In this document: one piece after another, positions 25,558 through 37,500 of the stretch | Numbering within the stretch: the first letter of the stretch is position 1 | Layout of the letters: the number at the start of each line of letters is the position of its first letter | Assembly (NCBI GenBank): GCA_043228905.1 | Contig: JBHGNT010000016.1 | Span: 3,658,001 to 3,722,000, forward strand | Direction: 5' to 3' | DNA length: 64,000 nt | Source: Azolla caroliniana | Taxonomy: Eukaryota > Plantae > Polypodiophyta | Position numbers and translations under genes: made by a program | Notes under the pieces: generated by a model | Told to the model about the DNA's origin: nothing | Database searches by the model: none | The model's input: the letters and a program-made list of their open reading frames with translations, nothing else

Positions 25558-28500
25558 ATGGATCCAAGCCGTGACAGATATCTGCTCAACTGGAAACGCC
25601 TCGTTCTTTCTGCACTCAATCCTCGCTCCTCTCGACCCGGTGCCACTGATCTCCCTAGTTCAGTTCCAGCTTCTCTTGCTCGCAACAACATTGACACGGT
25701 CCTCGAAGTAGCTAATGCAATACAGTACGCAGATGCCAACGTTTCTCGCATCCGTAAGTGAAAACCACTTCCTTCTTCTTTCTCTCTCACATTTCCTACT
25801 TTGTTAAGGTTTGTCATTCTATCTGTTTATGTCCGAGCAATAAAGACAAATTTTCTTAGTAAGAGCTTCTTTTCCTTTTCCTATCCTTCTCTTTCTTCCG
25901 CCCCCATGCTTCCATCTCCTCCTTTCATCTTCTTTCGGTCTCAGTTGTGTCCATGAGAAATTCAAGCAAATGGAATATTGCTTTGCCTTTGTCCACCTCA
26001 TCGCATCAAAACATACTTTTCCTTTCTCACTATGTTGTGGATTCTGTACGTGCATGTGAAAGATCAAGGGGGATCACAGGGGTCTTGACAGGTAGTTATG
26101 TTCGGCGATGTCTCTTTTTGAGTTTGATGCAGTTGAATGTGTCTTTACATGCACTTCTTTTCTATGTATGAATTGGTTTACATGTATACGGATATGTATG
26201 TTTTTGTAAATGTGTATAGCTGATGTAGTTGTAGAAGTATGTATGCATGTATTAAAGTGTACATGTTTTCATGTGCTCATGTAGGTATTGTTTTGTGTAA
26301 GAGCAGACGAATGTGCATGTTATGAATGTGCGTGCATGTCCATATTTGTACGATTGAGAAATTTCTTATATAAACATGTATATGTGTATTATTTGTGCGT
26401 AATGGTGAAAGTAAGTGAGTGCGTGTGAATGTGTATTTTTTTCTTTATATATGTGTGTTAGTGCGTGTAACTGTGTAATTGTGTATAGATGCGTGTTTGG
26501 CTTTATGTATGAGTGTATGCTTGTAATGGAGTAACCCTAGGAAATGGAACTTTAGGGTATGTTAACTGTGTGTAGTATTAGTAGGAAGGTAATGAGGGTT
26601 AGGGTGTTCGGTATGAGCAATCATCCGTTGTGTGCATTGTCGCTTTGTAGAGAGTTGTAATTTGCGCAATTGTTGCTCACCAATCGCCTTTTAGTTAGGA
26701 GTTGTTGAATTGCTTTTAATCTTTGTTTAGTTCTTGCAATCGTCTCTTCCAACAATCTGTTGGAGTGAACAATAGTTGTTTTTGCCGTTGTCTGTATAGA
26801 ACTTCTCGTATCATAGTTGTCACATCATGGTCATCATTTCAATGAGTTGTTGGTCTGCACGAATTGATGAAGCTACAAATCATCAAAAGACATGGATAGT
26901 CAGAGTGCACATCGTCAAAAAGCACAGTTTGTCAAAGTGTGAGTCATTGGAAGGCATGGATTTTACAAACTCATTATTCATCAAAGTATATATGAATCTT
27001 TGAAAGCACAAATTCAACAAACACACGGGTCTTCTAAGCATGAATTGTCGAAGAGCACAGATCGTTGAACTTGCAACTCCTCACTCGTGAATTGTTGGAG
27101 TCAGGTGTTGCCTCGTTATGAAACTTCCATGACTTGCTGATTTAGAGGAGTTTTCTCTTTTTGAAAACTTGGATCATCAAACTCACGATTCATTGGAGTA
27201 TGATTTGTCGAAGAGGATGGATTATTGAACCTGCAATTCGTGGAGGTACGAATCACCAAAAAGCACGGATCATTGAATCCATGATTTGTTGATGTTAGAA
27301 GTTGCCTCTTTATGAAACTTCCATGAAGTGTTGATTTTAGAGGAGTAGTCTCTTTCCGGAAACTTGGATGATTTTTGATTTCTTTGAAAATCAAGAATCA
27401 TTGTCGGGGAGGAGGAAACCATTAACCCTGCAACAACGAGATTTTTGCAAAGTTACAGCATGATGGCAAACATGTTGACCCACCTGTAGGATTAGCCAAT
27501 GAACTTGTTCTTTCAGATAGACTTGAAGTTCGATGCATGAAAATTCATGAAACATCACACCCTTAAACACAAGTTTTGGATTTCGGGGAATGCTCTATCA
27601 TCTACACGGAACTTGATATAAGACTGAAGGTAGATAAAAAAGGTGGTCATAATTCCTGTGATTGCAAGCCAATGCAGATCAATCTAAGCAAAATTACACA
27701 TTGATTCCTTGCGTACATAATGGAGAAAAAAAGTAACATAAAAGAGAAACTGGGGGGGTGGTTGTATGCTTGATTTGGCTTGGCAAGTCTACGGTCAATG
27801 GCCTCACTATGTTGGTTGTTGTAAGCTTCCAATGTGCCCTTGTGATTTGTTACCTTGTCAATACCTCCTGAACAAAGTTTAGGGATTTAGTCATATAAAA
27901 TTTGCTGCTTTGACAATGAGCTGTCTCCCTTCTTTTATGCCTTTACGAGCTCTCTACCTGCTGGATGTTAGCATGCATTGCCATGTGTCCAAAGTGTGCA
28001 ATTATCTTGATATGCAGTTTATGAAAATTTCTGACATTGGTATTTTCCGTTTCTGTTGCTATTGTCTACAATTCAAACATTATTCTATTTGATATAGAGT
28101 TGATAAAGTCTTCAACATTCACTCATAACTCCTTTCATTTCTCACATTTTTGTTTGTAACATTTGTCTTTTATGTTTTGATTTGTCATTTCGAACATTTC
28201 AACAGTGTATGTACTCGATGAATTTGTTTTATCTTTGCAGCATTGTAATCAAAGCTGCTTGGTGAATGATGCATCGTCTTTTATCATTAAGCACTTTTCC
28301 TTTCTCTCAGTTTTTGATCTTTCTTTTTCTCTGTATTTTGGCCTCTTAAAAGACGTTAATATATCTTTCTTTCTGTATTTAACATTCGCCTTTCCTTTTC
28401 TGTTGTACCTTTGAGAAATTCAAAATATAGTTTTTACCTGTTATGGAGTTTACTGAGTTAAAGGAAATTTACTCCTTTGTAAAATCAAAATTGGTGATGA

Positions 28501-31500
28501 ATGATGCATTATCATCTCTTGTAAAGATGCACACTTAAGATGTACACATGTGGTGTGTGTACAATGTACTTTCTGTTCTCTGATAAGCAAAAGAAAATAT
28601 GTATCTTGATCATGTATGCCTTGTGTGAACTAGCAGGGGAGATATTTAGATTATGTCATGTTATCTGATATGAGGGAATATAGATGCCCAATGGAACCAT
28701 TGTTAGTAAATTGGAAATCAAACAGATCAATTCAGAAATTCTTGTGATTATAGACAAACAATATGTGACTCAGTACTGATATAAACTGGAGGTAAAATGC
28801 CTGTTTATATTCCTCCTTATCTTCTGTCTGTAAAACTGTGATAACATAGGGTGAATTTGACACCAATTCACAACCTCATCCGGGAAGATATGTTAATAAA
28901 CCAAGCACATATTCTATGAGAGTTTCCTGATCTAGTCAATTGAGAATGACTAGTACAAGCTGAATATGTGCTGTTTCTGGAAAAACACAAACTCATTGGC
29001 TTTAATATCCAATGTTGTTGGGCCAAATTCTTTAACAGTTCCTTTATTTCCTGCTAAGAAGGATGATGAATGAATTTTCTGATTTTCCTTGCAGTTTGTG
29101 AGCATGCTTATTCTCTCTCTCAGAGCTTGGATCCCAAAAGTCAGGGGAGGGGTGTTCTGCAGTTTAAGACAGGATTGATGTCGGTGATAAAGGTATTCTT
29201 TTTGTTGTAAGCGAGCTTTATTTATGTATTTCACAGTTTAATATTACAACAAAAATGCCATATGTTTTCCTTCCTGCAGCAAAAGCTAGCCAAGAAAGAT
29301 GGTACCGATTTTTATCGCGAGCAAGATATCATAACTTTACAAAACTTTTACAGAATTCAGAAGGACCAGCTAGCTGAATCTGGGTATGCTACTTATCTTA
29401 TACCATACATCATGCTCTCAATTTATGAATTGGGTTCTGGAAGGAAGTCAAATTACAGGTCAATGTTGAATCTATCCTGGGATGATGGGGAGACAGGACT
29501 GGTGTATAAAGAGCTTGTTATTGGTGGTCTGAACACAGAGGGTGTTCAGACCATGGTTTGGTTGTATCTTTGTGTCAAGGAAGAGACAGATATCTTGATA
29601 TCTGGCAAACATATTCTGACAATGAGTATTTTTATAATTTTCTGGATGACAGGTAGATTATCATTTTTTGCATTTTTGCAGATTGGAGAATAGATCACAA
29701 AGACGAAAATTTTTTACTACTTTACGGGTTTTAAGGGATGTTATAAATGCTCTTGCATCAACATACCCCACACAGCTCACTCCAGAGGTTTGTTTTCAAC
29801 CTGTTCCATATTCTGATCATGTCTGTGATATATGGCTGTTTCTTCAGGCAGAAGAGAACTTTAGGCAGAGTTTATAATGAAGTATTTTGTTCTCTACATC
29901 TACCCAGATTAATAAATTTATTTCATAAGTCTTTTTTTAATCTAGTGACTTGAAGTCATGCACAAAGGCTCTTACTCTCTAGACAACTATGATACTGAGA
30001 CAGCTGGCAGTGCATTAGGGTCACCCACTTCTCTCTAATTTCAATTCCACATAGCCTGTTTTAATATAGTGAAACCCTGTTGGCCAACTCAATGGAAGGA
30101 ATGCCCTCTATGTAGCATGTATTTAGTGATATCTAATTTGCCCAGTCAGATTGGTAATGCTTAAAATAAGAGTTTCTCTTTTTAGTGTAAGGTGCTCTCT
30201 CTTAAAAGACGTTGAAATATCTTTCTTTCTTTCATGTCTGGTGAAATTCTTTGTTTCTGGGGCAGTCTTTTGTTTTTCATTATTAGATTTAGCTGAATTC
30301 AAAGAGAAGCATTAGTCTGGCAACCTTATAGTGGTAGCTGCTTGATAACAGTAGTATGGACCAAATTAGATTTAATTTTCAAGTTGGTTAAATGTTGTCT
30401 TGATTCACCATATGAATTGGTTAATGCTGCACACCTCAGTTTTAGTGATTGAGTTGCACTCAATAGTATATGCTGTTTATTGCACTGGTTCATGCTACTT
30501 GCAACTGAAGAAACTTAGCTGATTTTGATTTTCCAGTGTAAAATGGCACTGATTTACATGCACATGTGTGTGTGCAACCAAATTTCATAATTTTGGCCTG
30601 TTCATGTAGGGTTTGGCAGGCTAGAAAAATGTGAGCGATGTACTTTTTTGAGAATGACAAATATTCCTTTCCAGTTGATAGTATCAATCTTTTGCCTGTG
30701 ATCTAGTTTCTTTGGTATAGAGCTAGTTGTTGTTGTTACCATATAAATCAATTCCCATAATTATGAGTGGCTTATTCTCATCAATTTCTCTCAGTTTAAG
30801 AAGGAAATGGAATTAGATGCGAAGACTTCTGAGGCATTCCAGCCATATAATATCTTGCCTCTAGAAGCACCTGGTGTTTCCGATCAAATTCTTAATTTAC
30901 CAGAGGTATAAGAGTCTACAATGAATTTTGACGTCTACAACAAGCTAAATTTAGATAAATTTCATTGGGTTTCTTTTATGAAATAATTTGCCAGATAAAA
31001 GCTGCACGGTTAGCAATTCAATGTGACGGTTTGCGATTCGGTGATAATTTTGATGTGCCTCAACATCGGAAGCCTGATATATTTGATGCACTTCACTATG
31101 CTTTTGGATTCCAAGTATGTAAGAGTTGCAAACTTTTGTGATGCAATCGATAATTTGTGTGCTCTGTGTTAAATCCAGTTTCTGGTAACTCTTTGCAGAA
31201 TGACAATGTCAGAAATCAGCGAGAGCATTTTGTTCTTTTATTAGCAAATGCACAATCTCAACGGAATGATTCAAATGTTCCCAGAGGTTTAGATCAGGTA
31301 TTGAGAACATATTGATAACACAAGTGTTGGCGTGTGGCCTTTGGTTAAAGTACTTCTTTGATGATAATAAGGAGTTAGATGAAGATGTGATCAAGAAGCT
31401 CTGCAGTAAGATCCTTGATAATTATGAGAAATGGTGTCGCTACATCAGAAAGTCTTCTGTTTATGGACGGTATTGCTGATATTCGGTACTTTTTAGGACT

Positions 31501-34500
31501 CAAGCTCCGCGGATTTTTTATGAGATCTCTCATCAATTTTATTCCAGGGTAGCAACCAAAAAAGAGAGGGTGGCTCTAGTAGCTCTATATTTGTGCATAT
31601 GGGGTGAAGCAGCAAATGTTCGATTTCTCCCAGAGGGTATTTGCTTCATTTATCATCATGTGAGTTTTTGGCAAAATTTTATCTTTAGCAGTTTTTTTAA
31701 ATGAATCTAGAGGCAGTCTGGTTGAATTTAATTTTTGAATGCTGATGACATTAGGTCTATATAAGCACATGTGTAGTTTCTCAACTCCATTATGTGTCAT
31801 ATGTGCTATGGTAATTGGAGGTTAGATTATATAGCTTTTGACTTGCTTATTTCGTTCTTTCTGGCATTGGTTCATGCATGCAGATGGCAAATGAACTAAA
31901 TGGAATGTTGGCCCATGATAAAATTGAGCAGAATAAACAATATCGGGTGAAAGAGAAACAGTCCTTCCTGGAAACAGTCATAACACCGATTTACAATGCC
32001 TTAAAAGAGGTATATAGTATGGATTCATGTTTCTGAGAAGGAAGTATACAGTTGTATCCTATCCTTCTGGTGTGTGCCAATGGTTTCTTTTTGGAAATTG
32101 AATTTTCAGTGAGTGTATCTCGAACATTATTGTGACCTTGCAAAATCTGAGGCATTCCCAAGCCCAAGTTGGAAAATCAACTGAAGATCTAGAGTTTTAT
32201 ATCTATGATTAGCATACATGGTGTATATGCTCCCTGCATTCTTTTAACCTTTAATGTTATTTCAAGCCAAAATCTTCGTAGTTAGCCATTGGTAATCCAA
32301 TTCAGTTGCTTTATTTTGTATTTCTTAATTGTTTTGGAGATTATTTCTCTATCTTAAGAGTACTTTATGTTTTCACCAGAATTATATTAGTTCCCAAATA
32401 TTTTGTATTTCTTAATTGTTTTGGAGATTATTTCTCTATCTTAAGAGTACTTTATGTTTTCACCAGAATTATATTAGTTCCCAAATATTTTGTATTTCTT
32501 AATTGTTTTGGAGATTATTTCTCTATCTTAAGATTACTTTATGTTTTCACCAGAATTATATTAGTTCCCAAATTTTTTTGTTGACTGGATTTTAAATGTT
32601 TTTAGAGGACCATTTTACTTTAGTTTTCCATTTTTGTCTTTGTCGACAATAGTTTTGGCATGGGAAGGTAGATATGATAGAAACTTGGTTTGTTGGCTCC
32701 CTTTTTAACCTACCTTTACTTTTGTTACTTGTTAATGAGTCAACATAAACAGCTGTAATCACTAGCAGTGTTTCATAGATCATTGTGGTCTTTTTGAGAC
32801 CAATGAATTTATCTTCTTTCTTTGTTTTGGGAAATGATAATACAATATGAAAGAAATATTTACTGTCTAGAATGTGAACGATGAAGTGTTAATCTCGCAT
32901 TTATTGAGCTAGCCTCCTGGGGATATGATGCGCTTAGTTTTGGTATCCATATGGTGGTTTCATTTTGTTCTCTTAAAATAAGTTTTGATAATGTTTGTTA
33001 GGTAGCATATGTGACTATGGTCTTTCAGAGACGTACTTTTATACATTTGGTCCTTTTATGATTCTTAATGCAGCATCAGAGTTATCATAGTGCCATTAGA
33101 ACTGAAATAAAGATGTTCTAGTGCATAAAGGCTTGTAAGCCATTGCTAATAAATTACATAATGTAACTATATTTCCTTTTTATTCAAACTATTTCATCAC
33201 GTAGGACTCAATGCTTCTTATACATGCCATGAAAGGGTGCCTTACACTATTCTCTGCAATGACAATGACATAGAGGAACTCATAATACCTACATGCCTAG
33301 GAGTCCTTGTCAGAAAATATACATATAATGATTTTGAAATACAAATCTTCCTAATTATGTCATGAAGAATCTAAATTTGATAGTTTTGAGTCTTCATTGC
33401 GTAATGATTTTTGTGTTTGGGAATCTTTTGTTTATCAGCATGAAGGTGAGGTTTCTTTGGTTGGCAGTTACTTAATAGTAGTTAGTGAATTTTCTGTGCT
33501 GCATACTGCAGCCTACACCAAGAGTCAATAGACATAGATAAATTTATTTAAATAATTGAATGTTACACATCTCGGGAAACTTTTCTATATCAAGGTGAAT
33601 TATTATTTCAGGAAACGTCAAGAAATGGAGGAGGAAAAGCTGGTCATTCGAAATGGAGAAATTATGATGATTTCAATGAATTTTTCTGGTTTGTTCAAAG
33701 GATGGCTTACGCAACCATGTTACCATTTAGAATTTGTCAAGTTCAAGTCATGAACATGCAGGAAATGATGTGTTTTTGCAGGTCACCATCATGTTTCAAT
33801 GAGCTTAAGTGGCCTTTTTCATCAATGACAGAGAGTCCATTTCTTTCTAAACCAGTAAAAGAAGTGGCACCTAAAAACGGCCTGAGCAAACTTCGCGGGG
33901 TGATTACATCTTTATCCATAACCAGTTTTTGCCCAATTAATAATTTTCAATTTTAAGTTTTACTACAGGTACGAGCATACTTATTTCACCTTGACTCTTG
34001 ACTTCTAATGATATTAAGATGTAATCAGATTATGTTAAAGACTCACTTTCACAAAAAAAAGACCATTAGGTCATCGCATCTTTCTTCAGAGTAGAAAACA
34101 AATAAAGAAGAGGACATGTACACGCTTCTCCATTTCTTTTTGACATATAAAGAATGTAAAGATTGCCCGAGGAAAACATGAATGTCATCACTCCTATTGC
34201 TAAATGCTAAAACATTTTGTAGGCACATCATACATCACTTGAACACACTCTCCATATCTGATTTTCATATGGAAGAGAAAATGTGCTTTCTACTGTTGCA
34301 CCTGGGTGAAGGATTTTTGTGAGTGGCGGTGAACTTTGAAAAAGCCCTGATATATTAGTAGTGTAGTTTGCAAATTTGTTTGGACATTCCATGCTATATG
34401 TAGATGCATCTTTATCTTATTTATTCATGTTGGAGCCATAGTGGTTTGGAATGCCTAATCATAACTACAGTTATATTTTTCAGGTAGCTAGAAAGCCTGG

Positions 34501-37500
34501 ATTGGGGAAAACATCTTTTGTTGAGCACAGGACATTTTTTCATTTGTATCACAGTTTCCTTCGTGTGTGGATTTTGTTAGTGTTAATGTTACAAGTAAGT
34601 GTTGTAATTCATGCTATGAAAACGTTTCGGTTATGGTTATTGTTGGAAAATATATAGTTAAAGAGTTACAATCATCTGCAGGGTTTGACGATCATTGCAT
34701 TCTCAGAGAATTTTAACATGGAGATGCTGAAGGTTTTGTTGAGCCTTGGTGTGACCTACTTTATCATGAAGTTAATTGAATGTAAGAACTATTATTTATC
34801 TTGCGTAAGCTAAATATGTTATTGTACGAATCTACCAATCTACTATCACAGATGAAAAGGGTGCTGAGGTCGTGGTACATGGGGCCGGGGCCTAAGTACA
34901 CAAGAAATTGCTATTGTCTGATCTATGGTAACCCCTTTGTTATGTGCTGGTCGGGAGCCCATTTGTGCATCCCTTGATTGACTTGTAGCATTAGGAGTGA
35001 TAGGGCTAAAGAAAGTTGTGATTGTTCTTTGTGGGTGAGCTTGTGTGGCTGTACGAATTTCCTTCAACAACTTTTCCCTATGTCTCTTGAGTTCTAATGA
35101 GAAAATTCCTAGGCACCGTTGATCCTCATATTCCATAACCTTGTGTAGCGGGCCTAAGCCTTGTTTAAAGAGGCAATGGTATCTCCCTCTGATTTCATAA
35201 AAGACTCTACAGTGACAAACATAGTGTTCTTCAGATTCCACTCCTTGATGACACAATTGGCAAATTCTTTCATCTATAGGTATGTGTATATCTGCCTACC
35301 TCAATCTCTAACGGATGTGATGAAGTTCACAGCTGCTCTATCACATTGCGCAACGCATAGGACATATGCATGTCCATATAAGGTGGCCTCATGATGAATC
35401 CATCGTCAGATGTGTGTAAAAGTGTCTTGTAGTGGGCCCGGCCCTATCACACTGCACATCACATTGGACAGATTGATGTCTATATAAGGTGGCCTGATGA
35501 TGAATCCATCTTCATTCTAAGTGATATAAGGAGAGAGATGACCAGCCTAAACATTATGAGGTTATGAGGGCCCTAGAAGACATTCTCAGTTGTGAGGTTC
35601 ATTCCACATTGGTATCTAGTATGAATCTTCACTTATATTTTGCTGTGAATGAGATGATTAAGGATTCTATAGCATCTAGTGACATGGCTATGAACCATGA
35701 GTAGATTATGGGATGGCATTGTCTTTTATGCTTGGCATTACAGTGTACTCATGTTGATGCATGAGATGATTGAGGATGCCATAGCATTCAGTGACATGGC
35801 TAGAAACCAGTGTACATTATGAGGGTGCCTTTGTCATAGATGGCCTCTATGCCCACTGCTATAGGACACTCAAGGCACATTGATATGATGCCTTCTGAGG
35901 AGAGAGATGACCAGCATAGGCATTATGAGGTTATGATTTATCTAGAAGATGTGCCACTCACACATTCTCAGTTGTGAGGTTCATTCCACATTGGCAACCC
36001 TTGCCCTAGCATAGGGTGTGGGTCATTAGTGGGACGATTCCATAATTTCACCGAGTGCAGCAAAGGAAAGAAAATGACTTTGCTTGCTTATCGGGGGCAT
36101 TATCGACTTTTATTTTATTGTTGTTCTAAACACACTGTGGGGTACACTCCCCTGTGTTGATTCATTTCACACGGCTCCTCTCAGCATTAAATGAGATACT
36201 ACAGATGTGGTACTTGTATATACTACTTTATAACCATAAGGATTGGGTGCCAACTTGCATTTCTTGTGGTTTTTGTACAATTAATATAAACTGTGTTACT
36301 GAAACATCCACATGAACAATACTAACAGTTATGTATTCTTCAAACCTGCACCCAGATATTTGGACTTTGTCTGGCAAGTTTGAAGTCTATCTCCCTTTAT
36401 TCCTTTGCAGTTTCCAAACATGTCAGGAGTATGAAATAATTGATGACAATGAGAATTTATGCAATGATGTCGTGATGTGGCGTGCCGAAGGTGGGAAACA
36501 TTGGGAAGATAAATTTCTCATGTTTGTATGTGTTGGCGTTGTTGGTATGCATAAGTGGAGGATTGGTTTCAACAAAGTGGCATGGTCGTTAGAGACCCTC
36601 CAATCATAGCCGGAACTTAAGTTATAGAAAGAAAGAAAGAAAGAAAGAAATATTAACATCTTTGAAGAGGCCAAAATGGCTTATATAGAGAGGAGCAGAA
36701 AGAAGAAAGAAAGAAAGATATATTAACGTCTTCTAAGAGGCCAAAATGGCCTATAAGACCAAACAAGAGATTACATCTTAAGTGTTGTCTCGTCTTTGAG
36801 AACAACAAATCAAAATAAAATAAATATTATTCCATAAATATAGAAGTAAATGAGATAAAAAGAGATGAGGGAAACTGGTTTTCGGCACATGTGAGAGTCT
36901 CAAGTTAGATGTATTGTAACTTTTGACTTCGAAAGATCTCTAGCATAGGTCGATCCAGAATGGAAAGGTCTCCGAAGTGAGGGAAGCACCTGCGATGGCG
37001 GGAGATAATGGCTTTTATCTGTCGATGACAAGGGTGTTGAGGTTGGGGCCCCCGTGCACAGCAAATTGCTATTGCCCAATCAATTGTAACCCCTTTGTCA
37101 TGTCCTGGTCGGGAGCCCATTTGTGTATCCCTTGATTGACTTGTAGAATCAGTAGGAGTGATGGGGCTAAAGAAAGTTGTGATTGTTCCTTGTGGATGAG
37201 CTTGTGTGGCTGTATTCTTCAACAACTTTTCCCGATGTCTCTTCAGCTGTAGCAAGAAAAGTCCTAGGCACCGTTGGTCCTCATATTCCATTACCTTGCT
37301 CAGTGATAGATATCTTTAAAATAACAATTAAGAGATCTCAGTTATTCCTTTTTTTCCAGTTTAAAAACTGTGAATAAAAGTTAGATATTAAATGATGAAG
37401 CATAGTATTAAAACATTACCTTTTCACTTGAGACTTGGGAAGTCCTCACAAGTTATTACATATAGATTCACTGACTTATCTTATTGAAACTCTCAATTTC

